From contig JAQGDQ010000191.1 in assembly GCA_030141605.1 (NCBI GenBank), positions 349,131 through 413,130 on the forward strand: a DNA stretch of 64,000 bases. The letters run 5' to 3'. This document shows, piece after piece, positions 29,765-56,600 of the stretch. Numbering within the stretch: the stretch's first letter is position 1; the number at the start of each line of letters is the position of its first letter. The translations under genes and the position numbers were made by a program. A model generated the notes under the pieces. That model saw only the letters and a list, made by a program, of their open reading frames with translations. It did no database searches and was not told the origin of the DNA. This DNA comes from Tubiluchus corallicola (Eukaryota; Animalia; Priapulida).

Positions 29765-30210
29765 GGATATAAATGTAATAAACAAATCTAGATGGATAAA
29801 GTATGTAGAGAATGAAATTCATTTATTTATAGAAAAAGAACTTAAAACTAAAATAGAAACTATGACAAAATTGAGATTTTTAAAAAACGGAACTTTCCAA
29901 AGACAAATGTATGTCGAAAAATGTAGGTTAGACAAAATGAAAGATATTATGCCAATTAGACTTAATATGATAGATGTTAAAGCAAATTTGAAAAACCTGT
30001 ACAAATGGGATCTGAAATGTTCTTTATGCCAAGTAGCAGAGGATACTACTCAGCATCTTTTATAATACACGTGTAAAGCTTTGTATATCAACAAGTTAGG
30101 CCTATTTGCGCAAGATATAAGTAAATGGAACGTAAATAAATTACTACTGACTAGGATGTATGTTAACGAGCTGTTGAAACTAAAAATATAATTAAAGACG
30201 AGTGAACAGT
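29765..30210 (+). mobile_element. Non-LTR retrotransposon 3' fragment (Cys/His zinc-knuckle region)
   Basis: Peptide RLNMIDVKANLKNLY...CSLCQVAEDTTQHLL resembles the CxxC..E.T.HL C-terminal motif of LINE ORF2. Truncated. Confidence 0.55.
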
Positions 30211-30456
30211 AAAGGCAAGTTGATGTAAAAGATATTTGGCGTGATTCGTAAAACAAGTTGATCGAGTAGAGCGGCACCACTTTACCACCTTGCTGTGCAT
30301 CGTGGCGATGTTTTCTTAATTTATTTATGTGAGACTACAATAAACTGAAGTGGATAATAAATTACAAAGTGCCATACAAATGTGCGAGCTAAATGTAATT
30401 CAACCCTTATTACCATTTCAAAGTTTCTACTCAACCGAAGCGACTCATCTTTTTTC

Positions 30457-30500
30457 CTTACCTTACTTCAACAACTGCCACTAGGGCACGTCCAACAGTA
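30457..30500 (-). other. Candidate non-coding first exon/donor of TARDBP
   Basis: The coding exon has an acceptor (TTTTTCATTTAG, 27348-27347) just upstream of the ATG, so a 5' UTR exon must exist. The minus strand here reads TTGAA-GTAAG-GTAAGG after a GC-richer patch. Confidence 0.3.
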
Positions 30501-31496
30501 AGACACCCTTTATGAGAAAACGAAAATTTAACATTTTTAGACATGAGAGCACATGGGTAGTTTGCAGTTTAGGTGGTTATTTTTTAACATGTTCCCAGAT
30601 TGCCCAAATCAAAAATGTAGTTGAACCAGTTGAAAGACAAATGCATCCCTTACCTGCATACTGACGTAAAGAAAATAATGATCTACCTCATATTTTAAAA
30701 AAATATAGCGAAATGCATATAGTGAAACTGTGAAAAGGCTTATTGAACATAATGAAATTTCACATTAATACAGGAGAACAAATTCTGAGTCGACTGGCAG
30801 CGTTGAATTTTTTATTTGCTACCATATACTATATTCCTATCTAAAATGATTCACTAGGTTTGAACATTTTATTTTCTGTGTTAGGATTAGGGAAAGGTAA
30901 GAATGCTGTGACATTGTGGCTGCGTATAGACGTTGCAGCCATGTAACCACTGTAGATAGGTTTTAAATATAACTATTTATAAGATATATATATAGTGGGC
31001 TGAGAAAATGATAAACAGATTTATTTTTAATATTCACTTTTAATACATATACATATATACATACACAAATGTGTATATGTATGTATGTATGAATGTATAT
31101 ATGCATATAGTATGCTGAACTGCTAAATTATATTTATATAAATTGAACAAGATACTCCAGGCATATATATAATTATTATTACATATTATTATTATTAACA
31201 AATATGATTGATAATTTTCGTGTTCAGTATCTGTACCCAACAAACAACATGTTAATAAGTTATTTCGTATCACGTTTTCAGGACCAGAAGGACTTGGTGA
31301 TTTCGGTGATTTTATGCACCAGTAGCTCACAAAACGTCGCAAAAAAGTGTGAGTGATTTTGGGCAACCTGATATCAGTTAGCTTGATATTGGTATCTCAT
31401 GGCCACATACTTGCCTTGTTTGAGGTTTTGAAACAGTTTACCCATATTTTTTTAAATGTGTTATGTAGGTATACAGTAGTCATTGCTTAATAAAAT

Positions 31497-31557
31497 CACA
31501 ACTGGACCAGCAACAAGTGGTCATAAATTAAGACCACTTGTTGCTGGTCCAGTTGTG
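31497..31557. repeat. Perfect 26-bp inverted repeat (hairpin, 9-nt loop)
   Basis: CACAACTGGACCAGCAACAAGTGGTC (31497-31522) and its exact reverse complement (31532-31557). Confidence 0.93.
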
Positions 31558-32199
31558 GTTTATACACTTAATAAACTTCGATTTCATTATGCGGCCTGTT
31601 TCCAGTGTGTGTGTATGTGGCAAAGTACAGTACATAAACAGTTCTCCCTAATTAGTACAGTATAAGTTATTAATCAAAGATGAGTGCATCCAATTTTTTA
31701 GCGTCTGCAAAAAATCAGGATCTACATTCACGCAGGTCGGCAAGCGTTTGATAAACATAATCCGGATCTGCATAGTGTTCACAAACTTCGGATCTGAATC
31801 CGTGGATTTTAGTTCTGCATCCACAGTGTTTAAACTTGAGACAACTGGGCGGTCCGTACAAAGATTAGAACTTAATGGATTTCTCGCTATTTTTGAAATC
31901 GGTTCTATTCAATGTTGAATAACTAGGTTGGGTTTTGATCTGCATTGGGTCCACACATAGGGATATGTGTCCTAGAAAAACTGTAGTTCTAGGATCTGAA
32001 TCTAGTTGTGCAAGGCAAAAATTTGTAGATACTCCTAAGTTTTGCAAAAAAATGGCGGGATCAGTGTCTGCCTTGTCTTTGATGTATACTGTATATTAGG
32101 TGCAGACTGAATAGTGATGGGTGTGATGAGATGCAGATTCTAAAAAATAGCTTTCCTGAATTATTGAATGTTAAACTGTAACGAGTTACAAGTATGGTA

Positions 32200-32580
32200 T
32201 TACTGTGTTTTCGTACAGCATTAGCCGAAGAGCTGTAACAGTAGTTCCAACTTTAGATTCATTACCAATGTTTATTATTTCTAAAATCATAAATTTCATT
32301 TTATCTTTTTTTCAAACATAAGCTGATAATTATTTTTCTACTAAACCAGTCTCCCAAGGTATTTATATTCATGAATTTGTTTATTTTTTTTGACATATTA
32401 GTTGCCACGTATTTTGTTTTTTTAAGTTGAAGGTCACCATTTTTTGAGTTTCTATCTCCCTAAAATTCTCTGCTGCTTTAATCACCGTTTCTGCAGTCCC
32501 TATTGATAACACGTCATCCACGTATAACAGGGTGATGTAATATGTAATGATGGTATTGAAGACTAAAAGCACGTATTACT
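32200..32580 (-). mobile_element. Degraded LINE reverse-transcriptase fragment
   Basis: LLYVDDVLSIG (RT YxDD motif), followed by frameshifted FNLKK and KYLG motifs. Confidence 0.6.
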
Positions 32581-33664
32581 ATACTTCTCACTTTACGATT
32601 AAGAAAGAGAAGAGATAAATTGGTAAGGAAATACAGAGGAGAAAATTAACTGGTTGTTATTTGAAGTATCCAACTTTATTATTTTTTTGTTTTCAGTTCT
32701 TTTTGGATAATTTGTATCATTTATACTACTTTATTATTATTTTTTTCTTATTTGTTTTTGTTATCTGCAGCATCACTGTTACTAGTGTTAGTGTTAATTT
32801 TTGATATACTAATCTACTTATAACTATAAGAAAGGGCAGGAGACTAGATGACCCTATGGTCCTTCCCTGCCCTGCTCCATGATTGTAATTACTTAATATT
32901 TAAAAAACTTTTGATGTTAAACCAATCGGAGAAAATAAATGTTCTATGTCTATGTATATTTGGAGACAATGTTAACGGTGCTAAAAACTTTCTTTATGAA
33001 ATAATCCTTACTTCAAAACTTACAAGAATGCTAGCATATAAATCAAATATTTGCAAAAACATGATGAAAATACCTATACTGGTCTTCTCTATATTTCAAT
33101 CAAAACAGCAGATTTTTTGCGATTTAAATTAAAGCCCACAAAGAAAAACAACGCACAAATCCATAAAAATGGCTGGCAAACTTGGATAAACCTGGCTTTT
33201 GATTTACACGTGCATAATGCAAAATTTTAAATACACAAAGCTAAACATTAATGTGTACGCAATCTTATATTTATTCGTTATGCTTATTATAGTTGGTAGA
33301 ACTATTTTCGTAGTGTGGGTTTTGTGAATTGTGATTACAATGTTATTTTTTACTTTATACATAGCTTTTGTGAAATCAACGGCTCATTTTAAACGAAAGC
33401 GAGTTGCCAAATAACAAATCCTATGGCCAGGCTTATGGGGCATAGGCGTAAAAGGTTTTATGAAAATTTCTTTGTTTTTGCTCCGAAAATAACGTTTTTT
33501 TGTTATCTACAAATTTGTTATAGTTCTTAGCATTTCTTATTATAATTTGCTATCTAATCCTTTTTCATTTAAAACAGACTTCGGTGATTTCGGAAAACTC
33601 TTGGAACTGACAGAAGCCAGGTCTTCCCTGGGTGGCCCGTGCAAGTGAGAGCGTCCGTACCATC

Positions 33665-46477
<12,813 letters not shown>

Positions 46478-48197
46478 GTTTCGCATTTTTACCCTACATT
46501 CTTGTAGTTGAAATCTTGTATCATACAGATTGTTTGCTGATTTTTTATTGTTTAAACAGGACTCATCATTTTTAAATTACAGCATTTGTGTTAAAATACC
46601 TAACAATATTTATGTATGTAACCATAATTTTACCTAACCATATTTATATATCTGATAATTGGGATCACATATGCATTTTTTCATACTATATGGTTGCTGC
46701 TTTATGGTTGTTTTGTATATTTTTTCCAACAAAAATATTTACTAGATGTGCTAGTAAATCTTAATCAGTATTTGTAATATGGATTTTTTTTTGTTCAGTA
46801 GAGAAAATGCTGAGAGTGCTGGAAAGAAGCAAGACTAATTCTGTAAATGCATTGTTTTTTACATATTTTGTATTCATCTAAATCTTTATATTGTAATATT
46901 GATGCAGATGTGCTTAATATAAATAGTAAAGCTCCCGTTTTCAGGATAAATCCTAGTATGTCATTTTTGGCAGAATTATTTGTGAATATCAAGGCATTCT
47001 GCTCTTCTAAGTACAAGAATTGCATCATTTAGTCAGGACTTGGCAAGGCTAATAGTAGAAACAATTTTATTCTTGTAAGCGATAAGCGATTATCAAGACA
47101 ACTACTAATGTCGTTTTAAAAAATGGAAATGTGTAGACCTATATAGAACAGAGCTTCTTGGCAAGAGGAAAACAGTTTTTCATTTTTCTCGAAGCTAATA
47201 AAAATGGATACATGCTAGTAGATGTTTCTGGAAAACAGAGGCAATATGTACCATGAGACAAGAGACATACCTTTTTCATTTACTGTGAAGTGGTATTACA
47301 GTGTCAGTGTATTATTGTATAACAACCATCACTATTTTTTAGGAAATATGTATAAATTTTGCTTTGTAGGTATATTTAGCTGTTCTATTACGAAATTTCA
47401 TAAAACTTTATGACAACATTAAATGTTGTTACAAGATATCATGACCTTAATATCAGTAAACGATGTTGAAAGATGGTGCCACTGTTGTGCACTTAGTCTC
47501 ACAAACACACAAATGAATCCTTTAAGAAGCCACGATATATTTTGGTAGTTTTTCATCAGAACATTGTTGTAATATGCCACTTGGAGGTGAGTGTAAGTAT
47601 TTGTTAAAGTGGTGCTCAATCTTTCAAGTTACATAAATGTTGTGCAACATATGTTAAATGTTTTTAGAGCTTACTAATTCAACTGTTGAAGTTTTTTAAT
47701 TTCATTTTATTTTGGGCACTCAATTTCTGTTTGAAACCCTTTTATTTTCTATTTTCAAGCCTTTGTTATCAACTGTTGACACGCTTGGCAGTTGACTGAT
47801 TTTTTCATATTGGATTAGTACACTTTTGGTAGAATGATGGTACATGACTTAGTGTTTATTAAATTGTAAACTCTGGTAATTGTGTGAGCGCTAAGTGGGC
47901 TAATTCAAAGGCTCATAGTATAGTAACATGCTCCTTAAATGCACGTGATCCATTTAATGGATAACACGCAATTTACATTTAATTTGTTTACATATTGTAC
48001 TTGTTTTGATATAAATTTTGAGCTTAGAGCCAATACTTAAGTTGTTTGTGTTCAATCTGCAGTTTTGTGTTTTTAAAATAAATTTCGTTAAGTAACTTTC
48101 CACTATCGCTTGAGACATTCGTTAATATTACTCGGTTATTTTCTGTATTTGCAAACAATGCATAAACACAGATAAGTTATGCTTGTGAGCTGTAGTA

Positions 48198-48938
48198 CAG
48201 GGTGCTCCAAAAGAAGCAATGCATTAACAAATTAACAAATATTGCATACCAAATATTATACAAAATCCAGGCGGTGTGCTTATACCAAATTACAAACCTG
48301 CCAACTCACACATTAGTGTGTCTCACATGCGCATATGCACCAAATTTCAGTTGTTACGCATTCCATAACTTCACATAAAACCACTTGGTCTGAATGGCTT
48401 CCTTTGCCACCAGTAAAAAGCACAACATAATGTGTAATACTACTTTCAATAACACAGTAACGTTCATGAGTCTCATGATGTATATTACACTAAAGGGTAT
48501 TACATTTATTCAAAATTAAAAGCACTTTTAGGTGCTATTGAGCTTTTTTCATGTGTGCAAAAGAACACATTTATATATATAAAGCATGGTGAACTCTAAT
48601 AACAGCATAAGAAAGCTCACTGGTACTTTAAAATTAACTTAATTTTTATTTTTTTGCCTCAATTTTTGGTAATTTGATTTTGTATCCAAAAAAGCAGAAA
48701 TTTTTGGGGCATAATATGCCCCCAAACCCCTGCCAAGGACAAGATGAGTCCTAGGCTTTCTATGCTTCACACTCATTTTTACTTCAAATGGTTGGCAGCT
48801 CTGAAACTATATGGTAGAAAAATTAAAATAATGGTGTAAAAATGTAATATTATTTTCACACCATTATGATGTTATGATGTAGAAGTCCAGGTTCATTTTG
48901 TCGTATTTCTGTTGCATTGTTTCTTTTGGAATACCCTG
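48198..48938. mobile_element. Tc1/mariner-like MITE carrying a nested insertion
   Basis: TIRs CAGGGTGCTCCAAAAGAAGCAATGCA / CAGGGTATTCCAAAAGAAACAATGCA, with TA duplication at 48196-48197 and 48939-48940. Confidence 0.85.
48293..48803. mobile_element. Short-TIR (hAT-like) MITE nested in the mariner-like MITE
   Basis: TIRs CAAACCTGCCAAC / CAGAGCTGCCAAC. TSD not clearly preserved. Confidence 0.55.
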
Positions 48939-50317
48939 TACAAGCAATCGTACAATAACTTATTAAAAGTATATACAGGTAATTTCAATCATCACTAGAA
49001 TTTTATATCACTTTATCCATGTTATTAAGCCAGCCTTAACGAAATAAGTAGATTTAATAAGCACAATAATCAATTGTTTATAGATAAAACTTTATTATGA
49101 TACACATAATTATGATTATGATAAAAATATTTATTTTAATCCAATTTTTATAGTTTAATTAGTTCAATTAAATTAAAATTACAAGTTTTCCATTTCATGA
49201 TTACTTTGTAAATTAATAGTATAAAAACTTACAATTGTGCAGTGGTCAATTTTCTATCTAAAGTGCAAAATTTACGAGAATATAACACATAATTATTGAT
49301 GTAATAGTAAGATGCTGTTAATTAAAATATAAGATCTAACTTAATGTCCCTTTAATATATACCAGTTCATTTATGTGATTGGGCCTAATTATTAATTATA
49401 ATTTCCAGGACTCATAATTTATGCCTGTTATGCATTACAGAATTTTATTTCCTTTAACAGCACTTCCTTCACTAAATTACTACAGGCTTAAATTGTTGTT
49501 TAACCACAAAAAGTTAACAGTAACTGCTGATGAACATGGATAGGTTGAATAATGCTGTCTGAACTATAGCTTGCCTTGTACTGATAATTATTGACAGTCA
49601 AAATAATTATTAAATCTAATAAGGTATTTATAAAAGTAATTATGTTCAGTAAACAGCAGAGACTGAATTACAGAATGATGGTGGGTCCACAGAATAGAGA
49701 ATTAAAAACAAGTGAATGTTGTTTTGCAGCACTTCAAGAAATGACAAAGAGTAGCATCATTAATCCATAGCTTTTTTAAATACGACTAGACGACTGTGAG
49801 ATTGAAGCTGAGCATCGTTATATCTGCCTAACTGCCTTTAAAATTCATCATAAAATTCCTGTAATTATAGTAAAATGCACGATTTATTAAGGCAGGATTT
49901 GCCTTTGTCGATAAAAACTGAATTAAATTCTTACGACTGTATCATGCAAGAATATTATTACTTTGCTTAACATATGTGTGCAAATGTAAAGTTTTACAAC
50001 ATTCAATTGCACTAATGACACAAATAATTCTTAATGACAAGAACTTTGTACAATCTTCAGGCAAAAGGAAAAAGCTCAAAATTGCCAAAAATAAATATCT
50101 GAAGATTGTATGCAGTGCTATGTTTTCTGATATTTTGTTTGCAGTATTTATAAAATATAACATGCAAAAATCTGAGTAATAAAAAACTAGATGAAAGCCA
50201 CAGTGAATAAATGCATTAACCCCTTCAGTCTTTGCAAGTTTGCTAGTCTATAGAGCTTACAAAATCTTGGTGTAGAGTGACGGGCAAAAATTAAAGTATC
50301 AGTTGTGCACATGAAGT

Positions 50318-50558
50318 TCAGTTGGACGCAATGCTTGAGCTTGAATGACATTTCCCATCAGATATAGTGTTCACATTTTCAAACTGAAACAAAAGAATCA
50401 AGTGTGCATTCTCAAAACTAGAAAATTTGTGCACTGTTGCATTAATGTACCACACTAACTGTAAAGTCAACATGACAGGCTTGAGTAAATTCAAAAAAAG
50501 TGAAACAAATCCCATCAGTACACAGTTGCTTTTATATAAAAATTCGATTATAATGGCA

Positions 50559-50649
<91 letters not shown>

Positions 50650-53600
50650 AGTACATGCAAGCAATTTTTATGATATAATTACATTACCTTAGATGTACTT
50701 AGTGCGTCTGCTTGAAAGTTATGTCCATTTGCCAATTCATTGCGTACTTCCATCATACGGTCTAACACAGACCACAGGCAATTCTCCATGAAGTTATTAT
50801 CAACTAAGTTCACTAGGTAGTAATTTTTGGCACAGTAGTTTATGACTCGACGAGAATGCGTATCTGGATTGTATAATTTTCCCCATTCTTCCGTCCAGAG
50901 TGCGAATGCTTCATCCTGTAAATTAAAGTATTATATAAGTTTCTTAGCATGTGCAAATCTATGATTAGAAGTTTTTTAACACCACAGTTTTTTAGTAAGT
51001 ATGATCAAGCTTCAACTTTTCAGCTTTTAGAACATGTACCTTATTATGAACTAACTTTACATTTTATGATGCTAAACTTCTTTCTTTTATGGGGCCGAAA
51101 TTAGGAGAAAATTTTATGGTGAGGCAATGCCACAGTTTTTAAGAAAATTTACTTAGAATCTGTAGCTTAGGTTTACAACATTAAAATGCCACAGTTTTTA
51201 CAATGTTTTTAGAATCCATAATTCTTCAGATTTAGTACATACCTCATTATGGACTAAATTTACACTTTATAGTGCTACAATTCTTCAGCTTTTGAGGCAC
51301 AAATTAGTATAATTGTATAGTTTTGTAACACAAGGCAAACATTATAGTGTCCAGAGATGAAAACACTTATCTGCAGACTACCATGTTGCAGCATAATGCT
51401 TTGTATAACCAAAAATTTTTAAACAGCAATGAATAAATTTAAAATCTCTTAGACTCTTATTAATTTAAATGAAATTTGTACCAATAAACGAAGGATGAAA
51501 AAAGAACTGATACCAGACAAAAAATGACCAATCGGTCAATAATCTATATTCTATGAAAAGAATGAAGAACACCAAATTATTGCTAAGGACTTTTATAGTT
51601 TGAAAGTGATATCAAAAGAGTTGCCCAATGCACAGAACAACATGCTAGAATTATTTTTAAATAACCAATCAAGATTATTAATTGCTCAGTAGTGTAAAAT
51701 ATTTTGGAAACACGTTTGGCTAAAGTTTACAATTACCCACGCACAGGAAATTAGTGCATGTGTGGCTATAAATCTGTAATTACTTTGCGTAATATGCAGA
51801 CAAAATCACTACATTGCAAAAACAATTACAATAATAAAGATTTTTAGACAAAATATCATACCTTCCAGAATTTGAAGCTGATTGGATCAACAACTGTTGG
51901 TTGAATAATCTCTTTACCAGGGAACACACCCCAAGTTACAGCTGTAGATTCATGGTTTGGACAGTTGGAATGGTAATTGTCTTCACCCTGAAGGATAAAC
52001 AAGCAAAGTTTTATGTTCTAGAGCACAGTCTCATAATAAATACTAGCTTTTGATTTCTTGAATAAGCCTATTCACAGTTTCGTTATGCGCTGTAGCTGCA
52101 GTTGATGTAGGTCAAAGGTTAAGTGTACTACATCAACGTGTCTTAACTAGAACCGTCATGTGATATGTGGGTAAAGCAAAACCCTGCGCCACATAAGTTC
52201 TGTTACATCAGTTATTTTACGTGGACTTTACTTAATTGTGCATTAGTCTGTGCACAGAGTGATTTACTAGCAGGATCTTGCTCAGGAACAAGAAAAAATG
52301 AACTAGGCAAGGTTCTAGCTAGCGTTAAAACTATTACTATTACAATAGCATAGGCTGCTGCAATGCGTTGTCTAGTACACTTAACCCTTGATCTTTTCAC
52401 GGTCGTCGTCAATCACCGGAACTGTGAAAAGGCTTACTGAGTAAGTTTGAGAGAACTTACTATTTGTTATAAACAAGAGATTCAATTTTTCCCAAAAGTA
52501 ATGAAAAGAAGAGGTCGTCTGACGATAAAAGATTATTTCACATTAAAAACTGAAAATAAGCTGACAAATATTTGTAATTACATTTGCTTCTCACACAAGC
52601 GTCTGTAAACATTTTTAATTCTCTGTTAAAGAAGCCAGAAAAAATGGCTTAACTGCACTGCATTGATTAATTAAACGAGACATCAAAAACAATTTAATTA
52701 AGTCAGATACTGAAAACAAGTTTAGTTAAATCAAACATCAGTTTCAAGGCATACAAGGTTTTGGTTGTTAAACAAATGTTCATTAGCTTTTGACAACAAC
52801 TCAGTAATTCACAGGCTGATGACTGATGATCTTTTACTTAAATTTAAAATGTGAATTTAACAACTTTAATTAAGACAGATAATGAAAACACATCTAATTA
52901 AATCTTGCAATGAAAATAACTTTAGTTATTTAAAAAGTAAAGAAAAAATTAATTAAATCAGAAACTGCAAACGTGTTACCGTAGCATTGATGATGTGAAA
53001 ATTAACTTGAGGGAATTCACTCAGAATTTTTCTCAAAGCTTCGACATTATCCTTGCACGTGAAGAATTCAAGATAAGCCTAAAAAGAAAAATATTATTGA
53101 AGAAATATAATTGAAGCCTAAAAAAGAAAATATATCCTAGTCATCAAATTTCTAATAAAATTAAAAGGTGTCTGCTGTAAGACAGCAAAAGAAAAAGTTT
53201 CTCTAATATAAGTACTAAAGTAACAAAAACATTGCCTTACAGCATAATTCTCTGCAAATTATCTTTGCTTATAAGTCCTGATCATTTCATTTTTATTACA
53301 TGTATTAGGAAACGTAAGCTGGCTAACATTTAACCAAGCCAACTCACAATGACACAATTATTTAACCCTTAACATGTTGTAGGGTGCTACATGGCTTAAA
53401 GAAAATTTTAAAATCTTGTTTATAAGAAAAAAATCACGTTTTAAGTTTTTGTTTCAAAATTTTTAGCAAATATCTGCCTTGTAATCTAGCTTTTTAATGA
53501 TTTTATTATATGACAGGTGCCTGTTGTTCTGGTGTTCAGTTTTGTCTGAACCTCTTGCGACACATACTATAGAAATGATCCTTAAAAGTATGGTCTTGTC

Positions 53601-56600
53601 TCTTTGTCCAACATCAGTTATGCAATATTTAGGTTAAATTATTCCAAATGCCAGCATTACAAGTCATCACCGTACTGAGACAAGCAATTAATCTTTATAA
53701 TGTTTACAATTCACAACCTTCAAATATTATACTATGGGTACACATCTCAGTCGGAAATGCCAGACAGAATGACCTTGTACTTTTACCTGTTGCGCGTGAT
53801 TATCAGTTCATACCTGCATATTCTATGTCATTATGAGCATGGAAATTTACCAATGTTTGCTATAGAACACAGTGGAAAGTTTCGTTGTGTAACTGAATTA
53901 GGCGGGAATCCTTACACATTCGCTTATATGCAACTATTATCTCATGCACATTTCAGGTTACCTTATATAAAGATTACACAAATTTTTTTAAAGCATTAAA
54001 ATCTATATCATTATCAAAAAATGTCAAACTTACTGCTTTAATGCGCATAAAAGTCACATTAACTAACACACAAATTTGAAATACAACGTATAATCAGTAA
54101 AAAAATTGTTATGTGAAAAGGATCACCGTTATTAAAAAACAATACAGGGAGACTTAAAATACTGTGGCTGATGGCAGGCCACTCCTGAATATTTTTATAA
54201 TAATTTTATAAAGCAGTACTTCTTAATCGTTAGAGGTTTGTATATATATATATATAAAATACCCAAGTTTTTTGAAATTTTTTCCTCTATAAATTTTAAA
54301 TGTTTTTTCCATGTTAAATGTTCCTCTATACTTGTATTAAGGAACTTTGTGTGTGTAACCTATTTTATAGACCATCTATTATAGTAACTGCATTTTTGGG
54401 ATTTTTTTCTGAGTTAAAATAATGAATTTGGTTTTTTCAATATTAACTGCCAATTATTTTTGCACTTAATATATTTCTTCAATATTAAATATTAAGTAAT
54501 GTTACTACCTTCTGGAAAACCCATCCGCCTGGATTTCCCCAACCGACATCGGAGCTAGTGGATGGCTCGCAGTTGACATTAGGCTGAGAATTCACTGTTA
54601 GTACACCCTGCTTGTTCCACCTTGCCAATTCAGCTGTTAATCGATTGGTTTCAGGCGCCAAATCCTCCTCGTTCCATGGCATCTTTTTTACCTGCATACA
54701 TAAACATTAAACACAAAACTTAAAAACACCATTAATAAATTTAGGTCTACTATATCAATGGATATTGATATTTATATCAGGAGTATTAACTAATAAAAAA
54801 ACGTTGGCTGCATTGTAATCAATTTTCCTTATCGGAAGTAAGAATGTAAAAGGATGAATCATAAAAGGATAAACAAGCAACACAGTGCTACTATTAGTAA
54901 CAAGCAAAAGCAACAGATTATGATGATTATATAGCTCTAATTAATAGGCAATTCGATGAAAAAATAGAACATGTACAATAAGGATAATCTGGAATTTGAT
55001 TTCTTTGTTGATAGAATGCAAAAACACTTACGATGTAGCCATTCTTATTAGGTGTTTTTGTGATGTAGCAGTAGAACACATCAAAAATATCCTGCTCACA
55101 TGTTAACTCAGCACCATACATGTCCAACAATTGCTCCCGTGTAAACGGAGATTTTAAACAGAACAAATAATAGTTACTAATTTCGTTGAAAGACGGTGAT
55201 GACGAACTGCCCCATCGTCCATTCGGGAATTCATCCCAATCTTGGGTACGATAAACGTAACTTTTTGGTCGAGAGCTCCAAAAAATTGGACGCACATCCT
55301 CCCTTCGAGTGCAGTTAGCTGTAAGTCTCCATGGTAGTGTACGTGTAGGAGCTTCCTTCCACATACCGATTTGTTTGAGTATTTCAATGGTGGCATGTTC
55401 GCGGTTGAGCGTGTAGTAGTGTATTCCCGGTACACCATTGTCCAGCAATTCACGAGAAACTTTTACTGCATGATCTATTCCATACAGTCTAACAGCTTCA
55501 TCATTGTCTTTTATTTTCTCCAAATCATCTATGATGAACTGTGGCACTTCCAGTTTTGAAACTCTCGCTATAGTCCGCAATGACTGATATTGCTGCAAAA
55601 GAGACAGTATACACAACAGACTGCAAAACGATTAGACACAGTTTGATATTTGCCATGTATACAAAAAATACATTTTAGACGTAAGTGATATTTGTTCTAC
55701 ATTAGACAAGCACGTTGCAGGATTATACCACGCTTGAGTTTTAAAAAGACAGAGTTACAAAATGTTTTTTCAGCTACAAGCAGGTGCTTTTAATATTATC
55801 TTCCAGTTTTTAAAAAAGTCTAATGCCTTTTTCTGAATAATATAAGAAATAAGTTTTCAGATAAGTAAAATTAAATCATAATTAAGAAAACTTTTACATC
55901 AAACATCTACCTGGATTGGTAAAATGCCTGGGAGTATAGGACAGGCAATACCCATCTGTCGACAATCAGCAACAAATTTCAGGAAAGTCTTAGCTTCGAA
56001 AAAAAGCTGTGTTATTATAAAATCAGCACCAGCTTCCACTTTTTCTTTAAGATGTTGGAGGTCATCTGCATAAGAGGGTGCATCTGGATGTCCAGTTGGG
56101 TAACCTGGAAAAGAAAGTGAAATTAATACTGTGTAATGTTTTGAGAAGCAATGCAAACATGTAAAATATACGAAAAGCCAAAAAGTGATCATGCAACCTA
56201 TTTTATTTTGTGAATAATTCTGTGAATATCCTAAGCTTTCTTTGTACATCAAGTCACTACCAAAAAAGTTAAAATTATCATCTACCACAATTTCTAAAAA
56301 TTAAAAACATATGAAAAGTGAATAGTTTCTAAAAGTATCAAAACTGTGTTTTATATTGCACTGTTAATATTCGATGATCTATTTCTAACTAACTGAAAAG
56401 ATAGATTTAAAACTGTCTTTGAAATGTTTATATAAAAGTTTTCACTATCTAAAACCACTTAAAACTTAAAACAACCAATGTCAAGCAAGCTATTTATATT
56501 ACCATATTTGTAAAAATGGCTTAGTTTAATGTCTTTAAACTAAAACCAGTTTTCTAGTATATATTAACCACTCTTCATTACAGAAGCTAATACAAAATAT

